From the NCBI GenBank assembly GCA_046590575.1, contig JBKJUS010000214.1, positions 1,921 to 65,920 on the forward strand: a DNA stretch of 64,000 nt. Direction: 5' to 3'. The stretch's first letter is position 1. Each line of letters starts with the position of its first letter. Position numbers and translations under genes: made by a program. Positions 20,953 through 31,423 of this stretch are shown piece by piece. Source of the stretch: Mycobacteriales bacterium (lineage in GTDB: Bacteria > Actinomycetota > Actinomycetes > BP-191). Under the pieces are notes generated by a model. It saw nothing but the letters and a program-made list of their open reading frames with translations, was not told the DNA's origin and did no database searches.

Positions 20953-21339
20953 TCAGTCACTCTCGACGAGGGCCTGGTACGCCGCAGCGTCGAGGAGGCT
21001 CGCGAGGTCGACGTCCTCGGCCAGGGTCACCTCGACGATCCAGCCGTCGCCGTACGGATCGGAGTTGACCAACTCCGGCTCGGTGTCGAGCCGCTCGTTG
21101 CGGCCGGTGACCGTGCCGGCGACCGGCGCGAAGACATCGGAGACGCTCTTGGTCGACTCGATCTCCCCGAACGGCTGTCCCGAGGTCACTGCAGCGCCGC
21201 TCTCTGGCAGGCTGACGTAGACGATGTCGCCGAGCGCCTTCTGGGCGTAGTCGGTGATGCCGATCCGTACTGTCCGCCCGTCGGCGGTCGGGCGGACCCA
21301 CTCATGCTCGGCTGTGTACCTGCAGTCCTCGGGGAACAC
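20953..21339 (-). CDS. gcvH: glycine cleavage system H protein
   Basis: The YTAEHEWV motif and the lipoyl-lysine motif ESTKSVSDV are both present. Confidence 0.9.
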   Translation of the reverse strand: MFPEDCRYTAEHEWVRPTADGRTVRIGITDYAQKALGDIVYVSLPESGAAVTSGQPFGEIESTKSVSDVFAPVAGTVTGRNERLDTEPELVNSDPYGDGWIVEVTLAEDVDLASLLDAAAYQALVESD

Positions 21340-21354
21340 CGATTGACCTTCCGT

Positions 21355-22068
21355 CTACTCGGGCTGTGACGGCCGAGCGTAGACGGGAGGTCGAAGCGGC
21401 CGCAAGGCATCGATGAGCACTGTCGGACGCGGGTCGACGACGACCCGCGCGTCAGCGAGAGACGCCACGACGTCCACGACGCCACCAGGGATCTCCATGG
21501 CCGCGGCCATGGTCTGGGCCTCGCCGATGGCGACGAACCGGTAGGGCGCCGAGATCGCGATGCCGTCCACCGCCACTCCGTCGCCGTCCCGCACCACGAA
21601 GCTGGCAGCGACGAGACGCACGCCATTGAGCATCATCACCTCCGCGCCGGCGTCACGAAGCTCCTGAATCGCGTCGAGGAGCACCTCGGCTGTCACGGTT
21701 CCCGCCGGATCTTCGATGGTCAGTCGCAGACCCGGCCCGGTCGCCGGCAGGGTCCCCGCCAGGATGCCCAGGACCTCGGCGCGTCGCCGCGCCTCAACCA
21801 GGGCAGCCTCGTCACGACCGGCGCTGTTGGTGAGGCGGTCCCGCGTGCGCTCTAGCTCGTCGATGTCCAGTCGCAGCCGCTCCTCCCGCGCGTTGAGGTC
21901 GTCGAGGATCTCAGCGAGGTCCTCCTGGCGTGCGCCGACGAACGTGTCGACGTCCTGTCGGCTGCGGACCTGGATGACAAGAGCAAAGCCGAGGATGCCG
22001 GCCAACAGCCCGACGAGCAGCGTCGAGCGGGTGGGTGGCCACTGGCCGAACACGCGTCTGGCGGTCAC
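21355..22068 (-). CDS. DUF881 domain-containing protein (Rv1825-like)
   Basis: The protein has a TM anchor and a DUF881 body. I chose the GTG at 22068, 10 nt after the sbp stop; the long ORF to 22299 overlaps sbp in another frame. Confidence 0.7.
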   Translation of the reverse strand: MTARRVFGQWPPTRSTLLVGLLAGILGFALVIQVRSRQDVDTFVGARQEDLAEILDDLNAREERLRLDIDELERTRDRLTNSAGRDEAALVEARRRAEVLGILAGTLPATGPGLRLTIEDPAGTVTAEVLLDAIQELRDAGAEVMMLNGVRLVAASFVVRDGDGVAVDGIAISAPYRFVAIGEAQTMAAAMEIPGGVVDVVASLADARVVVDPRPTVLIDALRPLRPPVYARPSQPE

Positions 22069-22078
22069 GGGTGGCTCG

Positions 22079-22411
22079 TCAGGCTCGGAAGAGGTGACGA
22101 CGGATCGCGGCGAGATTCTGGAAGATCCGGATGCCCAGCACCACGATGACTGCGGTCGAGAGCTGGCCACCGACCCCGAGCTGGTCGCCGAGGAAGACCA
22201 TGATCGCAGCGACGAGAGCATTGGAGACAAACGAGACGACGAAGACCTTGTCGTCGAAGATGCCATCGAGGAGCGCCCGCACGCCACCGAACATCGCATC
22301 GAGGGCAGCGACCACGGCGATCGGCAGATACGGCTGCACGGCGACCGGGACCGAGGGCTGCACGAGCAGCCCGAGGATGACCCCGACGGCGAGAGCGAGG
22401 GCAGGGATCAT
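22079..22411 (-). CDS. small basic membrane protein (DUF1290, Rv1824-like)
   Basis: The 110-aa protein has two TM helices. It is nested between two DUF881 genes, as in mycobacteria. Confidence 0.7.
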   Translation of the reverse strand: MIPALALAVGVILGLLVQPSVPVAVQPYLPIAVVAALDAMFGGVRALLDGIFDDKVFVVSFVSNALVAAIMVFLGDQLGVGGQLSTAVIVVLGIRIFQNLAAIRRHLFRA

Positions 22412-23304
22412 TCGCTCGCTCCGGGGTCCGGAGCCTTCGCGGCCGGCACTGCCGCGTGGCGTAAGCGAGTGACGGCAGGGGGAAGCGACAGCCGGTCACG
22501 ACGGCGTACATCGAAGCCGATTCCATAGAGGTCGCGCAGGGTGCGAAACGCCGCAGCCACGTTGCTGTCGGTGAATGCGGGCTCCAACTGGTCCGGATCC
22601 CCCACTGCGGTGATGCGGTACGGCGGGCTGACCGGGCGATAGTCGACCAGGATCGCCTCCCCCGCCTCGCGGATGGCCGTCAGCGTGCTCAGCCGCTGCC
22701 CGTTGATGGCAATTGCCTCCGCGCCGGCCGACCACAAGGCGTTGACCACCTCCTGCAGGTCACGGTCACGCACAGTGCCGTCGCCCGCCAGGTCTTCCTC
22801 ACCATCGACCTCAGCGGCGTCCTTGAGAGTGACCTCCAGGCCGGGGCCGCGCACCGCGACCGAACCGACGATGAGCTCGAGCCGGCCGAGTCGGTCGGCT
22901 AGATCCTGGCCCTCGCCGGAGGTCCGCAGTGCGCGGTCCCGGACCCCGTCGGCTTCGGACCGCAACGACTCGAGGCGAGCTTGCAACTGGTCGGACTGTT
23001 CGGTGCGGGCGCGAGCATCCGCGATCAGGGCAGCGCGGGCCCGGCTCGCCGCGGGCGCAGACAACCGGGTCTGGCGGGCGGCGACGGTCATCAGGAGACC
23101 GAGAAGTACGAGCGGGACGAGCAACGTCACGCCGCCGTTCGGCCGCGTGACACCGGATTGCGCACGGGATGCCGCTGCCTGGAGGTACGCCGGGTCGACA
23201 GTGATCGTCGTGACGTCGAGGAAGAGCGACGAGCCGAGACCGCCGTCCGACGCAGAGCGTCGCTTCCCCGCACCCCGCGGCGGCTGCTCATCCATGTCGG
23301 ACAT
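22408..23304 (-). CDS. DUF881 domain-containing protein (Rv1823-like)
   Basis: It has the same architecture as the DUF881 paralog. It is coupled to sbp by an ATGA overlap. Confidence 0.8.
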   Translation of the reverse strand: MSDMDEQPPRGAGKRRSASDGGLGSSLFLDVTTITVDPAYLQAAASRAQSGVTRPNGGVTLLVPLVLLGLLMTVAARQTRLSAPAASRARAALIADARARTEQSDQLQARLESLRSEADGVRDRALRTSGEGQDLADRLGRLELIVGSVAVRGPGLEVTLKDAAEVDGEEDLAGDGTVRDRDLQEVVNALWSAGAEAIAINGQRLSTLTAIREAGEAILVDYRPVSPPYRITAVGDPDQLEPAFTDSNVAAAFRTLRDLYGIGFDVRRRDRLSLPPAVTRLRHAAVPAAKAPDPGASE

Positions 23305-23322
23305 TCTGCCGTGCTGACAGCG

Positions 23323-25827
23323 TCAGTGCGTGGTCCGGGCCTGCTCGACCACGGAGCTCCATTGTTCGAGCAGCGCGAGCGCCCGTCCGGCGTCGGCGCC
23401 CTCGGCCCACAGGTGGGTGACTGCCTCAGCGGGGTCAGGTAGGACGAGAGCCCAGTCGCCGTTCGGTTCGACGACCCTTACACCGTCGGTGGTGTCGACC
23501 AACCGGTCGGCTGCCGCCTCGACCACGGAGCGCATGACCGAACCCTTGGCCGCCCACGGAGTCGGGACGGCGCGACGGAGTACATGCGCGAGCGGGATCC
23601 GGGAGTCGATGTGACTGAGCGTGAGGTGGGTGCGCGCGACCAGCCCGACCAGCCGAACGAACGACGCGATGGCGTCGATCGAGGCGGCGAACTCCGGGAT
23701 GATCATGCCGCCGCGCCCGTCGCCGGCGAAGATCACGTCCGGCGCAGCAGCGGCAGCCATCAGCTCGGCCCCGGAAAGCGGAGTCCACTGCACCTGCACG
23801 CCGTGGAAGCGGGTCACCTGTTCGGCGATTCGCGTCGTCGTGACAGGTAACGCCACCGTGCCGCCGCGGCGTTCGGCGGCGACCAGGTCAAGCAGGACCA
23901 GCAGGGCCCGGTCGTCGTGCACGAGGTGGCCTAGCTCGTCGACCATGGCTATTCGCTCTGCGCCGTGGTCGAACCGCACACCGAAGGCGGCTTTCGAGGA
24001 CGCGACAAGCTCACCCAGCCGCTCGATGCCGGACATGTGGTCGGCCAGGCTCTCCGTGGTCTGGGTCTCGTCGAGGCGACCGTTCACCGTGAGCACGTCG
24101 ATGCCGAGGCGGCCGAGGAGCGTGGGGAGCACGAGCGACGCCGTACCGCCGGCTGTGTCCACCACCACCTTGAGGCCGGCCTCCCGGATGCCCGTGGTGT
24201 CCACCCGGTGCAGCACCTCATGCGTGTACTGCTCCATGGCCCGCGGCGGGAAGCTCAGCTCGGCGATCTCACCCGGGAAGGCCCGCCGGAACTCCTGCCG
24301 GTAGAAGACCCGCTCGAGCTTGCGCTGCGCTGCGGGAGACAGGTCGGCGCCGGTGGCATCGAAGAAGACGATGTCGAGGCTCTGCGGATCGCCGTGGGTG
24401 GTCCGTAGGCTGATCCCGCCCACCGCCTCGGTGACGCTGACGTCGAAGCGGGTCACCGGCGTCGGCGCCACCTCAAGGTCCCGGACATCGATTGCGCTCG
24501 CCGTCAGTGCGCTGATCACCGCTCGTTTCAGCGCACGCGCGGCCCGCGAGGCGTCGCGGCTGGTGGTGACGACCGAGCCCTTCTTCAGCGTCGTCGCATA
24601 CGCACTCGCCAGGCGCACGGCGAGCTCAGGCGTGATCTCGACGTTGACCAGTCCCGAGACACCCCGTGAGCCGAAGAGCGAGCGCTGCCCGCGGGACTCC
24701 CAGACAACGTTGGTGTTGACGACCGCGCCAGCCTCGATCGTCTTGTACGGGTACACCTTCACCGTGTGGGAGACGTAGGCCTGCTCCTCGACAAGGCACT
24801 CGTCCCCGATGATCGCGCCTTCTTCGACCCGGGCGCTGCGCATGATGTCGGTGTTCTTGCCGATCACGCAGCCGCGAAGGTTGACTCCGGCGCCGATGAA
24901 CGCATTGTCGTGCACGACCGCGCGATGGAGGAAAGCGCCTTCTTTGACCACGACGTTGCTGCCGAGGACGGTGTACTCCCGCAGCTCTGCACCGGCCTCG
25001 ACCTTCGCGTAGTCCCCGATGTACAGCGGACCTCGGAGCACGGCGTCAGGGTCGACCTCGGCACCCTCGCCCACCCACACACCGGGAGACATCTCGAATC
25101 CATCGATCTCGACGTCAACGTCACGGTTGAGAACATCCGCCTGGACCCGGAGGTAGCTCTCGTGGGTGCCGACGTCCTCCCAGTAGCCGTCGAACACGTG
25201 CCCATAGAGTGGCCCGCCGGTCGCGAGCAGCGCCGGAAACACGTCGGCCGAGAAGTCGACGGACTCTTTTGGCGCGATGTGGTCGAAGATCTCCGGGTCC
25301 ATGACGTAGATGCCGGTGTTGACCGTGTCGGAGAAGACCTGGCCCCACGTCGGCTTCTCGTGGAATCGCTCGATCCGACCCTCGTCGTCCGTGATCACGA
25401 TCCCGAACTCCAGTGGGTTGGTCATCCGCTTGAGCCCGACGGTGACCAGCGCCCCCTTGGCTCGGTGGAAGTCGACCATCGCACTGAGGTCGACGTCGGT
25501 GAGCGCGTCCCCGGAGATCACCAGGAAGGAGGAATCCCGCAACGCGTCCTCGGCGTTCTTGACGCTGCCCGCGGTGCCGAGAGGTGACTCCTCGGTGGCG
25601 TAGTCCAGAGCCATGCCGAACTCGTCGCCGTCACCGAAGTAGTTGCGCACGAGGCTGGCGAGGAATTGCACCGTCACCACGGTTTCGGTGAACCCATGCC
25701 TGCGCAGGAGCGTGAGGACGTGCGCCATGATCGGCTTGTTGACCACGGGGAGCAGCGGTTTCGGCTGGTTGGCCGTCATCGGCCGTAGGCGGGTGCCCTC
25801 CCCGCCGGCCATGACGACCGCCTTCAC
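23323..25827 (-). CDS. bifunctional sugar-1-phosphate nucleotidyltransferase (GMPP-like NT plus left-handed beta-helix) / phosphomannomutase-phosphoglucomutase
   Basis: The N-terminus VKAVVMAGGEGTRLRPMT ... KPLLPV is the NT domain, followed by hexapeptide repeats and then PGM/PMM domains I-IV in the C-terminal half. The GTG start at 25827 overlaps the upstream stop (GTGA). Confidence 0.8.
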   Translation of the reverse strand: MKAVVMAGGEGTRLRPMTANQPKPLLPVVNKPIMAHVLTLLRRHGFTETVVTVQFLASLVRNYFGDGDEFGMALDYATEESPLGTAGSVKNAEDALRDSSFLVISGDALTDVDLSAMVDFHRAKGALVTVGLKRMTNPLEFGIVITDDEGRIERFHEKPTWGQVFSDTVNTGIYVMDPEIFDHIAPKESVDFSADVFPALLATGGPLYGHVFDGYWEDVGTHESYLRVQADVLNRDVDVEIDGFEMSPGVWVGEGAEVDPDAVLRGPLYIGDYAKVEAGAELREYTVLGSNVVVKEGAFLHRAVVHDNAFIGAGVNLRGCVIGKNTDIMRSARVEEGAIIGDECLVEEQAYVSHTVKVYPYKTIEAGAVVNTNVVWESRGQRSLFGSRGVSGLVNVEITPELAVRLASAYATTLKKGSVVTTSRDASRAARALKRAVISALTASAIDVRDLEVAPTPVTRFDVSVTEAVGGISLRTTHGDPQSLDIVFFDATGADLSPAAQRKLERVFYRQEFRRAFPGEIAELSFPPRAMEQYTHEVLHRVDTTGIREAGLKVVVDTAGGTASLVLPTLLGRLGIDVLTVNGRLDETQTTESLADHMSGIERLGELVASSKAAFGVRFDHGAERIAMVDELGHLVHDDRALLVLLDLVAAERRGGTVALPVTTTRIAEQVTRFHGVQVQWTPLSGAELMAAAAAPDVIFAGDGRGGMIIPEFAASIDAIASFVRLVGLVARTHLTLSHIDSRIPLAHVLRRAVPTPWAAKGSVMRSVVEAAADRLVDTTDGVRVVEPNGDWALVLPDPAEAVTHLWAEGADAGRALALLEQWSSVVEQARTTH

Positions 25828-26453
25828 GCTGCTCCTTCTGCTGTCCGCGTCAGCTGGCGGGTCTGGAGGGCGTAAAGCGCGCCCGCCCACCAGTACAGAG
25901 CAATGCCCCAGAGCACAAACGCCCAACCCAATGGGCGCGACACCGTGCCAACCACGTTGTCGAAGGTGGCCGCCAGCAGCAGCGGGAAGGCGTAGAGCAG
26001 GTTGAAGGTGGCGGCCTTACCGAGGAAGTTGACCGGGAGCGGGCCATAGCCGTGCCGCCGGAGGACCGGCAGCAGCGCTGTGATGAACACGTCACGCGCG
26101 AGAACTGCTGCGGTCACCCAGAGCGGGACGATGTCCCGCAGCGTGAAGGCGACGAGCGTCGTCACGACGTACAGCCGATCCGCGAGGGGATCGAGCAGTT
26201 GCCCCACTCGACTGGTCAGGCCGTACTTCCGGGCGATCTTTCCGTCGAAGTAGTCGGTCCAGCCGCTGATCATGAGGATGCCGAGTGCCCAGCCGTCGGC
26301 TTCTGGTCCCAACAGGCAGTACAGGAAGACCGGCACACCGACGAGCCGGAGCGCGCTGAGCACGTTCGGCACCGTCAACACGCGATCCGTCGTCGGGAGG
26401 AGCGACGCGGGAGATCCGGCGACCACTCCCCGCCGCGCGCGACCGTCGGTCAC
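25824..26453 (-). CDS. CDP-alcohol phosphatidyltransferase family protein (PgsA-like)
   Basis: The DG(x)2AR ... G(x)3D(x)3D signature is present (DYFDGKIARKYG ... GQLLDPLADR). I set the start at the GTG at 26453, just downstream of tRNA-Pro, because the longest ORF runs through the tRNA. Confidence 0.75.
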   Translation of the reverse strand: MTDGRARRGVVAGSPASLLPTTDRVLTVPNVLSALRLVGVPVFLYCLLGPEADGWALGILMISGWTDYFDGKIARKYGLTSRVGQLLDPLADRLYVVTTLVAFTLRDIVPLWVTAAVLARDVFITALLPVLRRHGYGPLPVNFLGKAATFNLLYAFPLLLAATFDNVVGTVSRPLGWAFVLWGIALYWWAGALYALQTRQLTRTAEGAA

Positions 26454-26481
26454 CCGCGACCCTCCCGTAGAGCCGTGCCTG

Positions 26482-26555
<74 letters not shown>

Positions 26556-26621
26556 CCACCCGGTGGGTCCACGCTTCCGGGCGCGGTGACCTTACCAGCC
26601 TTCGCGGTCCGTGAAACGCGG

Positions 26622-28007
26622 TCACCGACCGGTGCGCTTCTCCTTCACCTTGACGCCGATCTCGATCGGCGAGCCTTCGAAGCCGAAGTCCTCGCGCAGC
26701 CGGCGTTCGATGAAGCGCCGGTACGCCGGCTCCAGAAAGCCGGTGGTGAACAGCACGAATCGCGGTGGACGGGTGCCGGCCTGGGTCGCGAAGAGGATTC
26801 GCGGAGCTTTCCCGCCTCGAGGGGGCGGCGGAGTTCGGGCGACGACCTCCCCGAGCCAGTTGTTGAGCTTCCCGGTCGGCACTCGGCGATCCCAGGACGC
26901 CAGCGCGCGTTCCAAGTGCGGCGCGAGCTTGTCCACGCTGCGCCCGGTCTTCGCGCTGATGTTGACCCGCGACGCCCACGGCACCCGCTCGAGGTCGCTC
27001 AGCAGCTCTCGCTCGAGGTCGTAGCGCCGGTCCTCGTCGACGAGGTCCCACTTGTTGAGGGCGAGCACGAGCGCCCGACCGGCATCGATCACGGTGGAGA
27101 TCACTCGCTGGTCCTGCTCGGTCAGGGGGATGCTGGCATCCACCAGGACAACGGCAACCTCGGCCGCTTCAAGCGCCCCGATCGTGCGGACGCTGCTGTA
27201 GTACTCCGCACCGGTCGCCTCGCGCACCCTACGACGCAAGCCCGCTGTATCGACAAATCTCCAGGTCGACCCACCGAGTTCCACCAACGAGTCGACCGGA
27301 TCACGCGTGGTGCCCGCAACGGGGTCAACCAGCACACGGTCTTCACCGAGAAGTCGATTCAACAATGACGACTTACCGACATTAGGACGTCCGATGAGGG
27401 CCACCCGGCGTGGACCGCCGGGCGGCTCGTGGTCCACGGGCGGGGCCGTCGGCAGGGCCGCCAGCACGGCGTCGAGCAGGTCGCCGCTCCCGCGTCCGTG
27501 CAGCGCACTCACCGGCAACGGCTCCCCCAGCCCGAGGTTCCACAGCTCGGCCGCGTCGCTCTCGGTTCGTGCGTCGTCCACCTTGTTGGCCGCCAGGACG
27601 ACGGGCCGGCCGGAGCGCTGGAGCACCTTGGCGACTACCCGGTCTGCCTCAGTCGCCCCGACGGTCGCGTCCACGACGAACAGGACTGCATCCGCGGCCA
27701 TCACCGCGATCTCCGCCTGCGCGGCGATCCGTGCCGACATGCCATCGGCGTCGGGATCCCAGCCTCCCGTGTCGACCACCGTGAAAGCCCGGCCATTCCA
27801 GGTCGCGTCATACGGCACGCGGTCCCGCGTCACCCCGGGCACGTCCTCGACCACCGCCTCCCGGCGGCCGAGAAACCGGTTGACGAGCGTCGACTTGCCC
27901 ACGTTCGGCCGGCCCACGACGGCGAGCACAGGCAGCGGGGTGCGACTGTCTGCTGCTTCTGGATCATCCCCGGTGGGCAGCGCCCCGGTGGGTTGCGGAT
28001 CGGTCAT
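26622..28007 (-). CDS. der: ribosome biogenesis GTPase Der (EngA), tandem GTPase domains plus KH-like C-terminus
   Basis: There are two G-domains ([13 protein letters not shown] ... and [13 protein letters not shown] ...). Confidence 0.95.
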   Translation of the reverse strand: MTDPQPTGALPTGDDPEAADSRTPLPVLAVVGRPNVGKSTLVNRFLGRREAVVEDVPGVTRDRVPYDATWNGRAFTVVDTGGWDPDADGMSARIAAQAEIAVMAADAVLFVVDATVGATEADRVVAKVLQRSGRPVVLAANKVDDARTESDAAELWNLGLGEPLPVSALHGRGSGDLLDAVLAALPTAPPVDHEPPGGPRRVALIGRPNVGKSSLLNRLLGEDRVLVDPVAGTTRDPVDSLVELGGSTWRFVDTAGLRRRVREATGAEYYSSVRTIGALEAAEVAVVLVDASIPLTEQDQRVISTVIDAGRALVLALNKWDLVDEDRRYDLERELLSDLERVPWASRVNISAKTGRSVDKLAPHLERALASWDRRVPTGKLNNWLGEVVARTPPPPRGGKAPRILFATQAGTRPPRFVLFTTGFLEPAYRRFIERRLREDFGFEGSPIEIGVKVKEKRTGR

Positions 28008-28669
28008 CGCAAAGTCTCCTCAGCGGTGCGGACGTGGGCGGCGAGCGCGATCCGGATCTCCTCAGCCGCGGCGGCGACGGCGCGCCGAGACCGCGGGTCG
28101 GCGGCCGGAGTGACCAAGAACGACGGGCCGAAGACGACATCGATCCGGGACCGCCAGCGAGGCCACCGGGCGCCACGGGGCAACGCCCGTTCGGTGCCGA
28201 GGCAGGCCACCGGCACGATCGGGCAGTCCGGGGCTCGCAGGGCCAGGTAGGCGATGCCGTGCTGTACCTGCTCCAACGAGCCGCTCCCCCGAGTGCCCTC
28301 GGGGAACACGCCGAGAACCTCTCCTCGCTCCAGCACCGCGCGCGCTTGCCGCAGGGCTTCGCGGTCGGGCCGGCCCCGGTGCACCGGGATCTGTCCCAGC
28401 CAGCCGAGGGCACGAACCAACGGCCCCACGAACATCTCGGACTTCACCAGGAAGGTCGCCGGCCGGGGCAGGAAGGTGGCCACCACCGGACCGTCGATAA
28501 TCCCCCGATGGTTACCCCCGACAATCACCCCACCCCGAGCAGGGACATGCTCAGACCCACTCACCCTCACGTTGAGGATAAGGCGAATCAGCAGCCGACC
28601 ACCGGCGCGTGCGGCGGCGTACAGCCACGGTTTCGGCGTACCCGTCGTCGCCACCCAGTCGGTCATGGT
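28004..28669 (-). CDS. plsC: 1-acyl-sn-glycerol-3-phosphate acyltransferase
   Basis: The HRGIIDG (HxxxxD) and FPEGTRG motifs are present. The ATG at 28669 sits just past the cmk stop. It has an ATGA overlap with der. Confidence 0.8.
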   Translation of the reverse strand, partial: TMTDWVATTGTPKPWLYAAARAGGRLLIRLILNVRVSGSEHVPARGGVIVGGNHRGIIDGPVVATFLPRPATFLVKSEMFVGPLVRALGWLGQIPVHRGRPDREALRQARAVLERGEVLGVFPEGTRGSGSLEQVQHGIAYLALRAPDCPIVPVACLGTERALPRGARWPRWRSRIDVVFGPSFLVTPAADPRSRRAVAAAAEEIRIALAAHVRTAEETLR

Positions 28670-29625
28670 CCAGCCGCTTTCCGCGGTCGCCGTACGTCGA
28701 CTCCCGCAGCCCGACACCGGTCTAGCACCGCCGCAACGACTTCGCCGATCGGCAGTTCGGTCGAGTCAATCTCGACGGCATCAGCGGCTTGGACCAGCGG
28801 GCTCGCTACCCGGCTCGAGTCGCGCAGGTCGCGTCTCACCAGCTCGTCTCGGGTTCGGTCCAGTCCGGCATCGGGCTCCTGTCGAGACATCTGGCGATGC
28901 CGGCGGGTCGCTCGGGCATCACCCGAAGCCGTCAGAAACACCTTCACCGGTGCATCAGGTGCCACCGTGGTGCCGATATCGCGGCCCTCAACCACGATGC
29001 CGCCGCGGCCGATCACCGCCCGCTGCTCGGCCAGCAGTCGGGCCCGGATCGCCGGCGAGGCGGAAACGGCAGACACCGCGTTGGTCACCGCGCGAGAGCG
29101 AATCGGACCGCTGACGTCGACGCCGTCCACCGCGATCCGCGGCCGGCGTGGGCTGGTCCCGACGCCCAGGATGATCCGCGACGCCAGCGACTCGAGCTGG
29201 TCAGCGCGGGCGAGGTCGAGATCCTCCTCGAGTGCTTGCCAGGTGACCGCTCGGTACATGGCGCCGGTGTCGAGGTAGCGGAGACCGAGCCGCTGCGCGA
29301 CCCGGCGAGCCACCGTGCTCTTGCCCGATCCGGACGGTCCGTCGATGGCGATCACCAGCCGGTCGAGCGCGACCCGGGGCCCGGCGGCGGCAACCCGGGA
29401 CACCGCGCTCGCTGGCGGGTGCTCCGGACCGGGGTGCGCGTTCGGTCCGGGCCGCGCGGCGGCCATGTCCATGGTGCCGGTCGCCTCCGAACGGTCGGTG
29501 TCCCGCGTGCGCATGAGGGTGTCACGGCGCTCGTGCGGGGAGTTGCGGGTCAGCCTATCCGCCGCGGCCTGGAAGATCCCATGCGCCGGGGGGCGGTGCC
29601 CGACGTCGTAGCCACGAACCCACAT
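28663..29625 (-). CDS. cmk: (d)CMP kinase with a low-complexity N-terminal extension
   Basis: The P-loop IAIDGPSGSGKST is present. GC3 is high across the 90-aa N-terminal extension, which suggests it is translated. An alternative internal start lies near 29472. Confidence 0.8.
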   Translation of the reverse strand: MWVRGYDVGHRPPAHGIFQAAADRLTRNSPHERRDTLMRTRDTDRSEATGTMDMAAARPGPNAHPGPEHPPASAVSRVAAAGPRVALDRLVIAIDGPSGSGKSTVARRVAQRLGLRYLDTGAMYRAVTWQALEEDLDLARADQLESLASRIILGVGTSPRRPRIAVDGVDVSGPIRSRAVTNAVSAVSASPAIRARLLAEQRAVIGRGGIVVEGRDIGTTVAPDAPVKVFLTASGDARATRRHRQMSRQEPDAGLDRTRDELVRRDLRDSSRVASPLVQAADAVEIDSTELPIGEVVAAVLDRCRAAGVDVRRPRKAAGP

Positions 29626-29670
29626 CGCACTATATTATTAAACAGATTTAACGATAAAGATCCGTGACTT

Positions 29671-30747
29671 CTATCGGGTCCGGTGAGCTGCCCACCCGGC
29701 TGCCTCAAGCGCGCCCAGGAGGGTGGCCACCTGGTCGCCCCGCACCTCAAGGTCGACGAACCCCACAGGATGGTCCGCCGCGTGCTCGATCATCAGATCC
29801 TCCACGTTGACTCCGGCCGCCCCCGCTGCAGTGAGCAGGCGGGCCAGCTCCCCAGGGCGGTCGGCGAGCACGACACCGACCCGGGCCCAGTCCGGGCGCC
29901 GGGCGGAGTTGACCTTGCCGGGAAGCAGCGCTCGGGCCGTATTGCCGTCTACGAGCAGGGCGCGTACCGCGGACCGGTTGCCCTCCGCCAAGGCGTTGGC
30001 TACCGCGGCGAGCTGGCTGGCGAGCTCGTGGAGTACGCCGGCCAGACTGGCCGCGTTGGCGGTGGCGATGTCGCTCCAGAGGTCGGGGTCGCTGTCCGCC
30101 AGTCGCGTCGTGTCCCTGAATCCGGTGCCCGCCAGGATCGGACCGAGTGGCCCGGTGGTGGCGAGCGCCGACGCGAGCGCCGAGGCCGTCAGCTGAGGCG
30201 CATGCGAGACGACCGCGAGGATGGCGTCATGCTCGGTTGCTGACACCTTCACCGGTCGTGCGCCACAGAGTTCGGCCAGCGACGTGACATCGTCGATGGC
30301 CTCCGTCGTGGAGGTCCGATGTGGCGTGACCGCCCACACCGCGTGGTCGAACAACTCGGGCTGCGCTGCTCCCGGTCCACCACGCTCTCGTCCGGCGATC
30401 GGATGTCCTCCGCAGATTCTGGACGTATCGAACGCCAAAGCCTCGATCTCATGAAGGACGTGAGACTTAGCGGAGGCCACATCGCTCATAGTTGATCTGA
30501 TATTGAGACCTTCTAAGGCAACAATGCACCCGATGATCGCCTCAGGCGGCACTGCCAGCACGACGTGCTCACAGTCTGCCAAATCGGCTAGCTCGACGGC
30601 CCGGCCGGCACCCAGCGCTGCGGCGGCCGCGGCCCGGCCGGCCGACTGATCCACGAGGAGGGCTGAGCGCCCGGCCCGAGCCAACGCCAGCCCGATCGAA
30701 GTGCCGATCAGACCGGTCCCGACGACACCGACCTGCCCTAAGCTCAC
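29671..30747 (-). CDS. tyrA: prephenate dehydrogenase
   Basis: There is an N-terminal Rossmann fold (VGVVGTGLIGTSIG) and a C-terminal ACT-like domain. Confidence 0.85.
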   Translation of the reverse strand: MSLGQVGVVGTGLIGTSIGLALARAGRSALLVDQSAGRAAAAAALGAGRAVELADLADCEHVVLAVPPEAIIGCIVALEGLNIRSTMSDVASAKSHVLHEIEALAFDTSRICGGHPIAGRERGGPGAAQPELFDHAVWAVTPHRTSTTEAIDDVTSLAELCGARPVKVSATEHDAILAVVSHAPQLTASALASALATTGPLGPILAGTGFRDTTRLADSDPDLWSDIATANAASLAGVLHELASQLAAVANALAEGNRSAVRALLVDGNTARALLPGKVNSARRPDWARVGVVLADRPGELARLLTAAGAAGVNVEDLMIEHAADHPVGFVDLEVRGDQVATLLGALEAAGWAAHRTR

Positions 30748-31106
30748 TGGGGCAGATCCGTGCGCAACTGCTGAGCGCCGCGCAGGTAGACGTGGCGAAT
30801 GTCTGCACGCCGTTGGTCGGTGTTCACATGGGCGAGAAGTCGGATGACGCGAGGCATCGCGCCGGGCACGTCAATCTCGGCGGCGCAGAGCAGGGGCACG
30901 TCGGTGATGCCGAGCTGACGGGCTGCGTAGGCCGGAAAGTCGGCCTTGAGGTCAGGCGTCGCGGTGAAGATGACGCTGATCAGGTCACCCGGCTCGATCT
31001 CGTTGCGCTCGAGCACTGCGAGGATCAGCTCAGCGGCGGCGCCAAGAATTTCGTCCCGCTCATCAGCGGACACCTGGATCGCACCGCGAATCGCTCTGAC
31101 CGTCAC
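30744..31106 (-). CDS. aroH: chorismate mutase, AroH class
   Basis: The protein starts VTVRAIRGAIQV and contains FTATPDL ... RHVYLRGAQQLRTDL, which aligns to B. subtilis AroH. I chose the GTG at 31106 because an AGGAG SD lies 7 nt upstream. It has an ATGA overlap with tyrA. Confidence 0.75.
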   Translation of the reverse strand: MTVRAIRGAIQVSADERDEILGAAAELILAVLERNEIEPGDLISVIFTATPDLKADFPAYAARQLGITDVPLLCAAEIDVPGAMPRVIRLLAHVNTDQRRADIRHVYLRGAQQLRTDLPQ

Positions 31107-31423
31107 GAGCCACTCCTGCTCAGTTCGAGGCGCCAGCCGACATCGATGGAGCACCATAGCGCTCCCTTGCTTCATCGGCTATGCGACATACCGATGCATA
31201 GTTTCACCGTGATGACTGCTTAACGGTTTACTGACAAAGGCGTTCATTTACTTAAGGACTCTCGACGATCTCAGCTGATCCCCTGGTAGGTAGTTGCGTC
31301 TGTGCAGGTCGATATACCGATTTAGAAATCCGCGGCCAGACCTCGGGCGGCGCGACAAGTCATTCTGTCTTGCCAGCGCTCTACAGCTGAGTTGTTTTAG
31401 CGACTTAGCTCTGAAGCGGGAAA

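Noticed and set aside
28034-29278. 414-aa + strand ORF opposite plsC and cmk, and similar + strand ORFs at 37164..38681 and 39380..40585
   Set aside because: These are antisense shadows of well-supported minus-strand genes (cmk/plsC, ald, S15 peptidase).
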